64,000 bases of DNA from Sarea resinae. Taxonomy: Eukaryota. The notes under the pieces were generated by a model. It did not search any database. It was not told where the DNA came from and saw only the letters and a program-made list of their open reading frames with translations. Of this stretch, positions 40,590 through 52,238 are shown piece by piece. The stretch's first letter is position 1; each line of letters opens with the position of its first letter. The position numbers and the translations under genes were made by a program. The stretch is from NCBI GenBank assembly GCA_026026165.1, contig JAPEUD010000013.1, positions 248,001 through 312,000 of the forward strand. Reading direction: 5' to 3'.

Positions 40590-42908
40590 ATGTTTCGATC
40601 ACCAAACGAGGTCTCCTCATCCGATCCGGAATCAAGCTCGGACGATGATGCGAATCTTGATCCCCTCGAAGGGCAGACCGCCGATGGGTGGACCCAAGAG
40701 TCCGAGCACAGTCTCCCGGAGAACGTATATCTCGACTCCAATGAATCGATCATGATCCCCGATCTAGAGCCCAGTGGACATGCGGACTTCATATACAGCT
40801 CTCTGCTCGAGTTCTATTGCTATACGACAGCCGCCGAGCTCCTCAATCGACAAGAGGGTGCCAACGGCAGATATACACGAGAGGACCCCGAAGTACAAGC
40901 TCTAGGAAGGTCCATGTTTACTAGGACTTCGCAACAGCTGGGAAATGTCGGTGTCATGAATCAAGGCTATGACGAAGATAATCTGGAGGAGATTCGACAA
41001 GGTTATATTCAGGGTCTGGAATTCATGTCTCTGAACGCTCTTCGGGATGCTCCTGCCCCAGGAGAGGCGTCACCTGCAGCTCTCCAAGCTCTACGCCAAC
41101 AGGCCCCCCAAGCCACCGCCCCTCCTTTAGCTGCTAGGCCTCGGCCGCGAAGGATGCTTACAAACGTAGCAGCCAATCCGGACCCGGTGCTGGATGGAGA
41201 GAATGGCCCACATGACGATCTTGCCGGCAATGCCTCGGAAAAAGGAATCTCTCACTCGGGGACAGAGCTGGGACTCAATCCTTCTATGGATCCCGCTTTC
41301 CCGCCATCACGATACTCGAGCGATTTTACAGAAGTCGGCATGATTGGTAAGGGCGGCTACGGAAAGGTGTACCGGGTCATGAACCATCTGGATGGCCAAG
41401 AATACGCAATCAAGAAAATCTCCTTGAGTCAGAAACAATTGAAGAGGCTGCAGGATGGAGGGGCAAGCGAGCTAGAGGCATTACTGAGAGAGATTCGGAC
41501 CTTGGCTCGCCTGGAACATACAAACGTCGTTCGTTACTTTAGTGGATGGATCGAACGATCCGGCGAAGTTGTCTCGACCGAATCTACGCGGAAGCGCGAA
41601 CCCCTACGCCGGCTTCTCAGTGACCACTCAACCGGAGCAGATGGAGAGTTCAGCTTTGGCATCGCTTTCGAGGATGATTACGAAAAAGACGAGAATCCGC
41701 CGGAAGACGATGGAATTGTCTTTGGATATTCATCTCCTTCCCGACGAGATCAATCTGATAGTGATGAAGGTCAAGGAAGACAACGCCGTGACAGCCATAC
41801 CACTGCATCCACGAATCATAGCAGGAAAAGCTTCGTCCAAAATGCAGACGACGACGAAGACGAAATCGAATCTATCCCTCGGAAATTCGAGACCTCTAAT
41901 AACTTCCCAACTTCCACCCTCGACGAGACTAGCTCCGATGACTTCTCGGACGGCAAACTCTGTGTCCCCCAAACCGGTAACGATTCTCGACACGCTGCCA
42001 CGGGGCCCACCCTGACCCTCCACATACAAATGTCTCTTCACCCACTCAGTCTCAGCATCTACCTTTCACCCGACAGTCCCAAAGAAGATGCAAATGACAT
42101 GAACCTATCCCCGCGCCACTGCTACCATGTTCTCCCATCCGTGCAGCTCCTTCTCTCCATCTTATCGGGAGTTGAATACCTCCACAGCCAAGGCGTCGTC
42201 CACCGCGACCTCAAACCCGGGAACATTTTCCTTTCCGTCGCCAAAGGCAACAATCCACATCCGGCTTCCGGCTGCGTCGAAGTCGCCAGCTGTCCCAACT
42301 GCTGCCCGACTACGAGCACTCCATCGACACCCACATACATCACCCCGCGCATCGGCGACTTTGGTCTTGTCGGCGAACTCACCCGCCCCAAAGACCCCTC
42401 TCCTGACGTCCAATCCACCACCCCGGGCAAAATTCTAGGCACAGTCATCGGTTCCTCTCTCGGTAGCAATAATTCCCTACACTCTCCTGCTCTTCAGCCC
42501 GCTTCCCCTCTCAAAGCCGCTGCCCGTCTACGCGCCGTAGGAACCGAGTTTTATCGGCCTCCATCACTACCACACTCCTCGTCCACCTCTTCTGCCTCGC
42601 ACCACCATAACCACAACGACGAGACCGCCGCCACCACCATCGACGAGAAGCTCGACGTCTTCTCCCTCGGCGTCATCGCTTTCGAGACCGTCTGGCCCTT
42701 TTCCACCCGCATGGAACGTCACGAGACGCTCTCCCGGCTCGTGAAGGGCCACTTCCCGCCAAACTTCTCCGCCAAGGTCGGCGAGTCGACGGGCCGGCTA
42801 GAGAGCTGCATCAGGGGCATGTTGGCTCTGGATCCGCGAGCGCGAATGGCCTGCTGTCAGGTCCGAAGGTGTTTAGAGGAGTTGCTGTCGTCGATGGCTG
42901 TTTCGTGA
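40590..42908 (+). CDS. eIF2-alpha kinase (HRI-like), single exon
   Basis: SRYSSDF..IGKGGYGKVY..LDGQEYAIKKI, LREIRTLARLEHTNVVRYF..WIE, long acidic kinase insert, LHIQM, HRDLKPGN, IGDFG, VGTEFY, DVFSLG; no GCN2 RWD or HisRS domains. Confidence 0.9.
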   Translation: MFRSPNEVSSSDPESSSDDDANLDPLEGQTADGWTQESEHSLPENVYLDSNESIMIPDLEPSGHADFIYSSLLEFYCYTTAAELLNRQEGANGRYTREDPEVQALGRSMFTRTSQQLGNVGVMNQGYDEDNLEEIRQGYIQGLEFMSLNALRDAPAPGEASPAALQALRQQAPQATAPPLAARPRPRRMLTNVAANPDPVLDGENGPHDDLAGNASEKGISHSGTELGLNPSMDPAFPPSRYSSDFTEVGMIGKGGYGKVYRVMNHLDGQEYAIKKISLSQKQLKRLQDGGASELEALLREIRTLARLEHTNVVRYFSGWIERSGEVVSTESTRKREPLRRLLSDHSTGADGEFSFGIAFEDDYEKDENPPEDDGIVFGYSSPSRRDQSDSDEGQGRQRRDSHTTASTNHSRKSFVQNADDDEDEIESIPRKFETSNNFPTSTLDETSSDDFSDGKLCVPQTGNDSRHAATGPTLTLHIQMSLHPLSLSIYLSPDSPKEDANDMNLSPRHCYHVLPSVQLLLSILSGVEYLHSQGVVHRDLKPGNIFLSVAKGNNPHPASGCVEVASCPNCCPTTSTPSTPTYITPRIGDFGLVGELTRPKDPSPDVQSTTPGKILGTVIGSSLGSNNSLHSPALQPASPLKAAARLRAVGTEFYRPPSLPHSSSTSSASHHHNHNDETAATTIDEKLDVFSLGVIAFETVWPFSTRMERHETLSRLVKGHFPPNFSAKVGESTGRLESCIRGMLALDPRARMACCQVRRCLEELLSSMAVS

Positions 42909-44299
42909 GGACTAGTCGCCACATCGGCTGTACTGGTGCAGGGAAAGGCAAGGCTTCCGCTTGGATCTCCTGCGTGTTTTCTTTTTTTGTTTTGTTTTTC
43001 TCGAAGGCGTATGGAAGCGGCGTTTGGGCGTCGCATCCGAGGGTGACACGCGCGCGAGGCAGGGCGTTGCGCACCTGATATTTTCACATCGGTGGAACGG
43101 GGACCTAGTCGCGGCCGTCTGTCAGTTAGTCTGCCTGTCTATCTGCCTGTCTGCCCATCTGCTGCCTTTCTGTCTGTCTGCCTAAATGTGTAGCTGGCTA
43201 GATGGCTGGGCAGCAGGGCCGACTTCCAGCGAGAGTAACCATGCCGACAGCTGTTCCTTGACTCTTGGCCTGCTCCCTCTATTTATCTTATTTACCTACC
43301 TACCTACTTACCTCACTTACAAGTCAAGTCAATCAATCAAGTGATCATACTATATACTGTATAATGCTATACCATACAATACCATACCACCCAACCTCAA
43401 TACTGCGACCCCAGTACCCCTGCGCCAAACACTTCCAGCTCCACCTCAAATCCCCCCCCCTTATCCATCTCCACCCCTCCCCCTTTTCTCTTTTCCCTCT
43501 TCCACTCAGCCTCAACCCCCTCTACCTTGGCTCTCCCTCATCTTTCTCTGCTCTACCTGAGCTCACGTAGCCCAGCCGCGCGAGAGCTCCACGATGGCTC
43601 CACGATGGCTTTACAGGTGCTTTTCCTGTCATTACGGCTATGGCGGTGTTGTGCTTGTGTTGGGTTTGATGTCTGATATTTGATATTTTGATATTCGTCT
43701 GGCGGGCAATACGTGAACGCGATGTGTCTTGCTGTACCCGGCGAGCGAGACGAGTGAATCTGTGAATCTGTGAACGAGTGGGACGACACGTGTGAACGAG
43801 CGGACGGACTGAATGAACGAACGAATGAACAAAATAACAAACAAACAAACGGACAAACGGGTCACGAGTTACCAGTTCACAGCCACCCAGCCACCAATTT
43901 AACAAATTCAACAAAGAAAGTTATGGCTTTGATATACACTTACTAATAGGGTTAAGGGCGGGCTTAATTAGGAGAGTTTTCGTTTTTGTTCTGGTTTTGT
44001 TTCATTTCTTGCTTGAAGTAGAGCGAGCGAGCGAGCGAGCGAGTGAGTGAGTGTTTAGGTGGATTAGGTTGGGTTGGTATGGGCTTGTATGGTATGGTAT
44101 GGTATGGTCTAGGGAGGTGTATAGAGGTGTAGAGAGGTGTGGAGAGAGTGTGGAGGTATAAATGTGGTATACATAGATGCATTACTATCCCCACCCCCCG
44201 TCCCTTTGCCCCTTTCATCCTCTCATTAGTGTATATAAGGACTACAGAGCTGGCTCTGAAAAAATAGGTTGGAAGATAGAGAGAGAGAGAGACAAGATC

Positions 44300-46020
44300 C
44301 TAAACCATCAACCTCCGCAACCCCTCGGTACCGCCCAACACGCGTCTCCCAGTGACAGCATCGCGGCCTATGCCACTCTCCCACCTCCCTTCCCGGGACG
44401 TCTTACCCCTGCGATCGGGCCCCTCGTCATTTTCCTCTTCCTCTTCGCCATCATCATCGTCACTATCGTCATCACCACTGCCCCGGCGCCCCTCATCAGC
44501 CCACGGTGTCGTCTCTTGGGGCGGCAGAGGAGCTTCAACTGAAGAGGCGTGGCCGCCTGCCATGAACGCCACCTGCCGCTCGTGCGTCCCCTCTACCCAG
44601 CGGTGGATGCAGCTGTAGCAGTAGACGTGGCCCGTCTGGGCGGCGGTCGGGGTCTCGATGGGCTGCTGGCAGATCGGACAGAGAGGGTGCTCTGGGACGT
44701 TGGGTGTGGTGCTGGGGTCGTCGTGTTGGGGGTGTGAGGAGGGATAGGACGGGGGAGAGGTTGCTGGGACGGTGAAAATTGGGAGGTGCGTTAATGAGGA
44801 AATTGGTGGCTTCGGTTTGAGCTTTTTCTTTGGGGAAGATGCGGTGGTGGTGGTGGTGGGTTTCGTGGGGTCGATGTCGTGTGATGATGTTTCCTTTGCT
44901 GTTGATGTGGGGTTTTGCTTGCTGGCGGTAGCTGGAGTGGTGGTAGTGGGCTTTTCTGGTCCGGAAGACAAGCCTGATAGGACAGGTGGAGGGAGTTCAA
45001 GGCCCTCGGCCGCCTTCCGGGATAGTTGCCGCGCAAAGTCGGACGCATGCCACCATTCGAGAAACTTAAGGGCGAAGATGGAGGTCGGGAGGAGGATCCG
45101 AAGGGACGAGAGGAGTCGCGGCGTGATTGCTGCTGAAAGGGTCGACGGGTGGAATAGAGACCGTGTCAATGTGGGATGCTGACCGGGTGTGGTTGATGAT
45201 GTTGCTGAGGACGGAGGGGGAGGGTTGGTGGCTAGGGCGATGGCGCGGTGATCCGCTTCGTTCAGTCGACGAATGCGCGTGCCTACGAGCCAGAGGAAGG
45301 GAGAGGCGAATTTCGTGCCGTCGAAGAGGTAGGCGAGGTTGAAGGCTAGGAGCGACAGATAGTACGCGCAGTTGATGCTCGGATAGACGTGTCGCAAGAA
45401 CCATTTATAGTAGAACATGAATCGTTGCCTCAGACCGGCGTCGGGTGGAAGGACGTCATCGCGGCGCCGATAGTTCGGTCCCATCAGAAGAGCAGCCTGC
45501 GGCGCATGGATATCGTAGCTCTCGTCCAGCTTGCGCTTGAGGTACGGCACGCCGACCATGACGGCCAGATTCCTCCAGACGTCGGCATTGCGGAGTTTGA
45601 GCGTTTCGCGCACGATGGAAGGGGCGGCGAGCTGGGCGCGCGGGATCTCGCCGTTTCTCGTCCGGAGCACACGTTCGCGCTTGAGGCCGTAGAAGTTCTC
45701 CGTGAAGCCGCCGCCATAGGTGCGGAGAAAGTAGCGCTCTAGGAAGAGTGAGAGCACGGCGTAGAGTTCGTCAAAGGAATTAAGGGCCCGGATTAGGTAG
45801 CGTGGGTGGCGGTGGGTCAGGAGCGCGAGGAGATAGCGCAGGGAGGGGGGGAGAAGGGCTGAGAGCTGCTGTTCGGACAGGAGTTCTGGTCTTAATGTTA
45901 GCCTCTCGCGGTGCTGGTTGTGAGGTTGTGGAGGATCGGATTGAAGGAGAGGGGAACGGTACCGAATAACGATGGTTTGAGATCGTCGAAGCCATCATGG
46001 AGGTTGGTCATGGATTCCAT
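44300..46020 (-). CDS. PEX12: Peroxin 12 (Pex2/Pex12 domain + RING), 2 exons
   Basis: DDLKPSLF|ELLSEQQL..LPPSLRY, FTENFYGLKRER, LLPTSIFALKFLEWWH, CPIC..TGHVYCYSCI, GTEGLRRLMV. Confidence 0.96.
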
Positions 46021-46295
46021 GGTGAGATGATTCCCATTCTAGGATCATTCATGGGAACCACCAGGGCCCGTGTATGTTGTGAGGGCGAAGATGATGTTCG
46101 ATGCATTCCAATTCCTTCCTGGAAACCCTACGTACCTAGTCGACACTCGACATACCGAGGTCCACGTCTGAAGTCCGAGCGCGATGCATCTGTCACTCTA
46201 GGTTACCCTGCGCGTCCGATACGCACGACAACTTTTTCTCGAGAGATATACGTTCACCAATGTACGGATCGCGACTCTCTACCAACCCAAGCACA

Positions 46296-47387
46296 ATGGC
46301 GACACGAAAGCGAAATGAATGGCTCGAGGCAGACCTGTCAGAGGAGGAAGAAGATCAAGGTTATGACTCCGAAGCCGTCGAGGAGAGCAAGGGCAATCAG
46401 CACGCCAAGTCATCTTCGCGCAACGCCAAACGACGAAAACTCAGCCCCGGCGTTGATGAGAGCGCAGAAGAGGATCCTAGCCAAGAATCGGAACGAGATG
46501 AAGAGGACGACCACGGAGACGATGAAGGGGCCGATCATGAAGGTGGCGTTCTACTTCAGAGTCGCTCAAAAGAAGCTCTAGAAGGAGAAGAAGACGAAGA
46601 AGAAGGAAAAGACGACACCTCCACCTCTCCCTCCACAAAATCTAGAGCTAAGAATCTCTCCGCCGACAAAACCACCACACTTAAAACACTTACACCCAAA
46701 CAACTCGCTGCCTCACAGCGCGCCGCCAAAAAAACAGGCGTGATCTACCTCTCGCGCATCCCGCCCTTCATGAAACCCCACACCCTGAAGCACCTCCTTA
46801 GCCCCTTTGGTGATATAGGCCGGATTTTCCTTACCCCGGAAGACCCCGCCGCGCACACCCGGCGCGTGAAATCAGGGGGCAACAAGAAGCGCTCCTTTAC
46901 GGACGGCTGGGTCGAGTTTATCGACAAGAAGCACGCCAAGATTGTCGCCGAAACGCTGAATGCGACAATCATCGGGGGGAAGAAGGGAGGTTGGTATCAT
47001 GACGATGTGTGGAACATCAAGTACTTGAAGGGCTTCAAGTGGCATCACTTGACCGAGCAGATATCGAATGAGAATGCGGAGCGCGCGGCGCGTATGAGGG
47101 CCGACATTGCCCAAGTCAGCAGGGAGAATAAGTTGTTTGTTAGAAATGTCGAACGCGCGAAGATGTTGGAGGGAATGGAGGCGAAGAAGAAGAAAAAGCT
47201 GGAAAAGGCTGGTGGGGTTACAGTGGGTCCAGCAGGTGAGGAGGGAGCAGCGAGGGGTGATAGGGATGGAAGGCATGGGTTCAAGAGAGAGTTCAGGCAG
47301 AACGAGGTTCGAGTCAGGACAGCCAAGGATAGAACAGACACGGAGCAGCCGGAAGAAGTCAGGAGGGTCTTGAGCAAAATATTCTGA
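46296..47387 (+). CDS. ESF2: Pre-rRNA processing protein Esf2/ABT1
   Basis: Acidic N-terminus; KKTGVIYLSRIPPFMKP, GWVEF..K..AK..AETLN..IGGKKG..HDDVWNIKYLKGFKWHHLTEQI. Confidence 0.96.
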   Translation: MATRKRNEWLEADLSEEEEDQGYDSEAVEESKGNQHAKSSSRNAKRRKLSPGVDESAEEDPSQESERDEEDDHGDDEGADHEGGVLLQSRSKEALEGEEDEEEGKDDTSTSPSTKSRAKNLSADKTTTLKTLTPKQLAASQRAAKKTGVIYLSRIPPFMKPHTLKHLLSPFGDIGRIFLTPEDPAAHTRRVKSGGNKKRSFTDGWVEFIDKKHAKIVAETLNATIIGGKKGGWYHDDVWNIKYLKGFKWHHLTEQISNENAERAARMRADIAQVSRENKLFVRNVERAKMLEGMEAKKKKKLEKAGGVTVGPAGEEGAARGDRDGRHGFKREFRQNEVRVRTAKDRTDTEQPEEVRRVLSKIF

Positions 47388-47528
47388 TCACAGTACAATT
47401 GAAGAAGATTTATCACGGCGCAGCGGCAGAAGCTTCCCACTCATTTCATTCGTAAATGCCCAAGCTCAACGATGTAGAGCCATACAGATTAACGCCAGAC
47501 CGTGACTTTTAAGCTGTAGCCGACCACC

Positions 47529-49182
47529 CTATGCTTCATCCTCCACATTAAGCTCGTCAAACTCATCCAGAAGTTCGTCCATGTTGATCTTTGGCACCTC
47601 GTCATCTTCACTACCTTCTGTCTCCGTATCGTCCATTTCGGCCCCCTCGACACCCTCCATCTTCTCCGCTCTCGCCTTCTGCTGTGCCTTGTACAGCGCC
47701 AGGGTGTTCCGAAGTTCGGTATCCTCTTCCACGTCCCGCAAGAACATTTCAAAGTCTCTCTCCATGCGTTCCTGATCTTGTTTCTTCGGTAGCAGATCAC
47801 CATCATCCTTGTCCATACGCTTGAGATGCCAGTTGCGGTTCTTGTTCTTCTTCTTCCGAGCATAGAATTTCTTGACTAGCATCACGTCCGGTATATTGTC
47901 CGCGTAGGTGCTGTTCTGTTCGAGCGCTTCAAACTGAGGGTTGTTGAAGTTGGTCCCAGTGAGATGATAACCTAGGACGGAATCTCCAGGGTGGAGAACA
48001 TTTCCCAAGTGCGTGCGGGTGTAATAAGTGATGTCGTTGCTGCCCAGGTCGGATGCACGAGCCACGGTAGCTTCGGCAAGTAAGAATCTGCCCTTTGCTG
48101 GGCCAATCGGCTCAATGTCCATGACAACAAATTCTATCAGCTCTTGAACATCCGTGAGCGGGGTGAAAGGTGTGCGCCAATAGATTGGTGTCGACACGTC
48201 AGCGGTCTGCAGGGTTTGAGGATCGAGGAGGTTAACGGATGTGCCAATTCGGTAACATAGAGTCAAAGGCGAAATATTGCCAATCGACTTGGCGAGCTTG
48301 ATGGGTAAAGCAACTAGATCATCCTTGCAGATCGGGACGAGCTCGACCGAATAAGAGAACTTGTAAGACTTCGTCGATGTGTGGATATCCATGGAAATGA
48401 GCTCCTGCGATTTCTTCACCTTGCACGGCACCACAGAGTTCAGAAAGTCGATTAATTTCTCGGCGTGGTTCCGCTGCGCAAAGAAGAAATCCAGCCCATC
48501 TTTGACTTCCTTGATATTGATGCTGTCTCGGTGAGCCTGGTGTTTGAGCATGAGCTGTTCAAGGTAGAGAAAGGTCCGTTTATGAGGCACCTTCTGGCGA
48601 ACCTGCACCACTGCGCGCCAAGTATTTGCCGTGTATGATTTGGCACACTCGGGGCATTGCTGATATGCCACCACATACTCAACCTCAAAGCTCTGCTGTA
48701 GAATGGTGCCCTCAAATGCTTCTTGCTGGATAGTCAACTTGACCTTGACCCTTCGCGAATGCGGTTCCGTCCAGATGAAGCTCGCGTCAATGATTCGAAC
48801 TTTCTGCAGTCCTCTTAATTTCCGGAGACAGAGCGCTAGCAGTTCTCTCGATTCTGGAGAGGCTACGAGCCAGTGGTTGGGTGGCTGCAGCCATCTTTCG
48901 CAGTCTCGACACCAATGCAGTGTCGCCTCTCGCTGGATGCCTTCTGAAATGTCCACTGTGAGCTTGATGCAGTCGTAGCAAAGAGCACCGGCAGAAGAGG
49001 TGCCATCGATCGGAGCGCCGCAGTTGCAACACAAGATACTGGTGGTCTATCTGTCAGTCATGATTTTCGCAACAAAGTCCAGACTTGGACGCAGACGAGG
49101 ACTAGACTTACGTCGCAGCAGTCTGCTGGCCCATACCTGGCGCAGGCTGGATAGAAACAGGAGCGTCAAGATCCATCGACAT
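47529..49182 (-). CDS. NMD3: 60S ribosomal export adaptor Nmd3 (2 exons)
   Basis: ILCCNCG..CYDC, CRDCER, ESRELLALCL, FIWTEPHSRR, QCPEC..WRAVVQVRQKVPHKRTF; C-terminal NES-like LLDEFDELNV. Confidence 0.98.
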
Positions 49183-49597
49183 GGTGAAGGGGTTTCAACG
49201 GCCACTTGGCCCTGCCCGTGAATAGGTTTTGTTGTTGTAGAAAAAGGGCAGTGGAGGAGGAGTATTTGAGTGTCTGAGTATTTGCCCCACCAGAGTATCT
49301 GCTCCCGATAATTCTCTATCGTTGCGGTGACTCGGAGCTCTACACAGTAAAGATTGATCGCTTGCTTGCTTACTAACGTGGAGAAATACTTCGTCCCTCG
49401 TACCCCCTACACGTGACAACATCACTTTCCTCGGTCTGTATCTGTATACATCACGAAATCTCGATTTTATATGAAGAGAGCTTCGAGCATCAATTTCCAT
49501 ATTCGTGCTCCACGGCAAAGGCTTCGCTCTATAACGACTTCACCTGGGCAGACCTGGAAGCTGATGGTAGGCTGCTTTTGACTTCAAGCACTCCAAA

Positions 49598-51847
49598 ATG
49601 GCGGCGAGCAGGGCAATTGCGAAATTAGGGGACTGCCAGAGTTGCCGCCTTGCTATTGTACGATCCTTCATCTCTGTAGCAGTCGTGCCTGGGCGGCCTG
49701 CTTCTCACCTCCAGCGGACGAAAAATGAATCTGTATTGCATTCAAGGAGGACTGGTTCCGGCCCATCAAGATCTTTCTCGACCATCTCTTCTCTACACAC
49801 AGATCAAGTGAGGAAAAGCCTAGATGCGAGCAACCTGGAAGCCGAAGAGGTTGAAGACGCCCCCGCTGCCGAAGCCAAGTCTTCCGAACCAGCAGAGGCC
49901 AGTGACCACGTTCCATGGTATTTGAAAGCTGGTTCTCAACAGCAGGACTACAACCCTGTCTCCGAAAGACAGAGATTGCCTAAAATACCCTCCAATCCTC
50001 CAGCAATCCTCCAGCCACTGCTCGAGCATATTTCGGTGGACTTGGGCCTCGATGACTTATCCCTATTCGATCTTCGGAAGCTGGATCCACCGCCCGCTCT
50101 TGGAGCTAATCTCCTCATGATCATCGGCACAGCGCGCAGTGAGAGACATCTGCACGTATCTGCAGACCGTCTATGTCGTTGGCTACGAACTACCTATAAG
50201 CTCAGTCCTTTCGCAGATGGCTTGCTAGGACGGAACGAGCTCAAGCTCAAGCTGAGGCGGAAGGCGCGCCGAGCGAAGCTGCTAGGCAGCGTGGGCGCAT
50301 CCGATGGCGGAAACGCAGATGATGGACTCAGAACAGGCTGGGTCTGCGTAAACGTCGGCAGAGTCGAAGGTGGAATGGATCCCGAGGAGGCAGTGCAGGA
50401 GCAGGATTTTGTCGGGTTCGGGACGCGAACAGATGGCGTCAGGGTGGTAGTGCAGATGCTCACGGACGATAAAAGAGGAGAGCTGGATCTCGAGAGTCTC
50501 TGGGCAGGGTTTCTAAGAAGAAAGGCGAAGGAAGATGCGACAAGAGGAACTGAAGACGAGGCTGTCGATGATGCGTTTCTGGCAGAAGTATCGGCGTCAG
50601 AAAAATCTACTCGACCTTTGTCTACAGCTCCTCCGCAATCCCACGTCACATATAAGCCTCTGCAGACGAGAGGCTTTCATACCTCTTCCAGGTTTGGAGC
50701 GCTAGAGACAGACAGTCAGTCTGATACGGGGTACGATGAGTCCTCTCTCCCCAGCGTTGAGCCTAGAATACAATACTCAAAGAACGCCGAGCAGAGCATT
50801 GCATCACGAAACCTAATGCCACCCGGCGGGGTCAGCTCTGAACATCACGGTCACCAACCCACTCTGGAAGACAAAACTCATATTTTGACCCTACGCGCTT
50901 TGCTTGGCCACCTCCGTCGCCTCCCGAAACCCGACGCCCTGGAGGTTCTTGGTCAAGGTCCCTCCGACACATCTTCGACGTCTTTCCTGCAATCTTTCTA
51001 CTCCGCTCTCCCTCCTGTCTCCGATCCAGCCCATGGCACCTTTAAGTTATTGCTCTATGCCCGTGCCGTCCAGCTCAAGCACCCAGGCTACACCAAAAAA
51101 GGCCTGCTTTCCCTTTTCGAGGAGAATCGAATCATTGGTGGCGCTATTGACGACCAAGTCTCTCAGGCTGTCTTACACAGCATCTTACGATCCGCATCTC
51201 CCAAGACAGTCCACAAGGACATCGACCTCGCGCTCCAGGTATTCACAGACCGCGTCTACCGCGGATTCCCACTTATCACCAGCGACATCTACGTCCAGCT
51301 CAACGAAACAGCACGCATCCTCTGTCCCTCCAACCCAGCCCCCAATTCCACCGACCCTTCCCCAGTATCGCCTCTCTACCCTCGTCTTCCCGTCGATCAC
51401 ATCCTCTCGGTATCCACCTCTCACACAACACCCAGCACGCCTCAAACCCGGCTGCACCTCATATGGACTCTCCTCTCGCCTCCTCTCCCTTCCCCGCACA
51501 ATCTCAATAGGCTACTCTCTATCTACGCAACCACCAACCACTGGGCACTCTTTTGGGATGTCTGGAACAGCATCGCCCGGTCCGGCGTCCCGCGCTCTGA
51601 AGACCTCTACCATTCGCTTTTCACTCTCGTGGCCAAGACTAAGCATCCGAGGGGTGTGGCGGCCGTGCTACGCCGCTGTGTGCCGGCCATGCAAGAAGAG
51701 AGTCCGCCTGTTCCGGTGGCAGGCAAGGTGGCTGCTGCTGTAAGAGAGTGCGTCGAGGTCGTCGAGCCGAGGGTTAGGGAGATGGATCAGGAGCGCGAGG
51801 GCGGTGAGTGGGCGAGGCTTTGGAGGAGATGTTGTGATGGTCGCTAG
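49598..51847 (+). CDS. ATP25: Mitochondrial ATPase synthesis protein 25 (RsfS-like N domain + C domain)
   Basis: VPWYL, DLGLDDLSLFDLRKLDPPPALGANLLMIIGTARSERHLHVSADRLCRWLR, ADGLLGRNELK, GWVCVN, VVQMLT..KR.ELDLE.LW. Confidence 0.9.
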   Translation: MAASRAIAKLGDCQSCRLAIVRSFISVAVVPGRPASHLQRTKNESVLHSRRTGSGPSRSFSTISSLHTDQVRKSLDASNLEAEEVEDAPAAEAKSSEPAEASDHVPWYLKAGSQQQDYNPVSERQRLPKIPSNPPAILQPLLEHISVDLGLDDLSLFDLRKLDPPPALGANLLMIIGTARSERHLHVSADRLCRWLRTTYKLSPFADGLLGRNELKLKLRRKARRAKLLGSVGASDGGNADDGLRTGWVCVNVGRVEGGMDPEEAVQEQDFVGFGTRTDGVRVVVQMLTDDKRGELDLESLWAGFLRRKAKEDATRGTEDEAVDDAFLAEVSASEKSTRPLSTAPPQSHVTYKPLQTRGFHTSSRFGALETDSQSDTGYDESSLPSVEPRIQYSKNAEQSIASRNLMPPGGVSSEHHGHQPTLEDKTHILTLRALLGHLRRLPKPDALEVLGQGPSDTSSTSFLQSFYSALPPVSDPAHGTFKLLLYARAVQLKHPGYTKKGLLSLFEENRIIGGAIDDQVSQAVLHSILRSASPKTVHKDIDLALQVFTDRVYRGFPLITSDIYVQLNETARILCPSNPAPNSTDPSPVSPLYPRLPVDHILSVSTSHTTPSTPQTRLHLIWTLLSPPLPSPHNLNRLLSIYATTNHWALFWDVWNSIARSGVPRSEDLYHSLFTLVAKTKHPRGVAAVLRRCVPAMQEESPPVPVAGKVAAAVRECVEVVEPRVREMDQEREGGEWARLWRRCCDGR

Positions 51848-52238
51848 GGCTCTCTTGGTCGGTCGGCCCGTCGGTCGGTTCGTCGTTTGACGTGCCAGGC
51901 CGTCGTGTAGGATAATTTTGAGAACAAATTTTTTTTTCATATGCTTGAGCTCGCTCGTTTCTAGGGGCCCTGTTTCTGTATGTATGTATTTCAAGGCAAG
52001 GGGTTTTTCCGTAATCGAGCACCGTCATGTTAGGTCTAGATGATAACCTTTTTTGGGCAGCGACAGCTTCATTGTACAATTACAACTACATATCCACTTC
52101 CTTCCGTGTATCTTAGCAAGAATGAAACCCCACTTCACTTCTCTTCACCTCTCTCTTTCTCTCTCCCTCGCTCCCCTTTCTCACCTAGTCTATCCATCTC
52201 TCTACGACACCAGTTTCTAAACCACATCTCTCCATCTC

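Noticed and set aside
42960..44300. ORFs in the eIF2-alpha kinase / PEX12 convergent spacer
   Set aside because: Low-complexity simple repeats; translations are not protein-like
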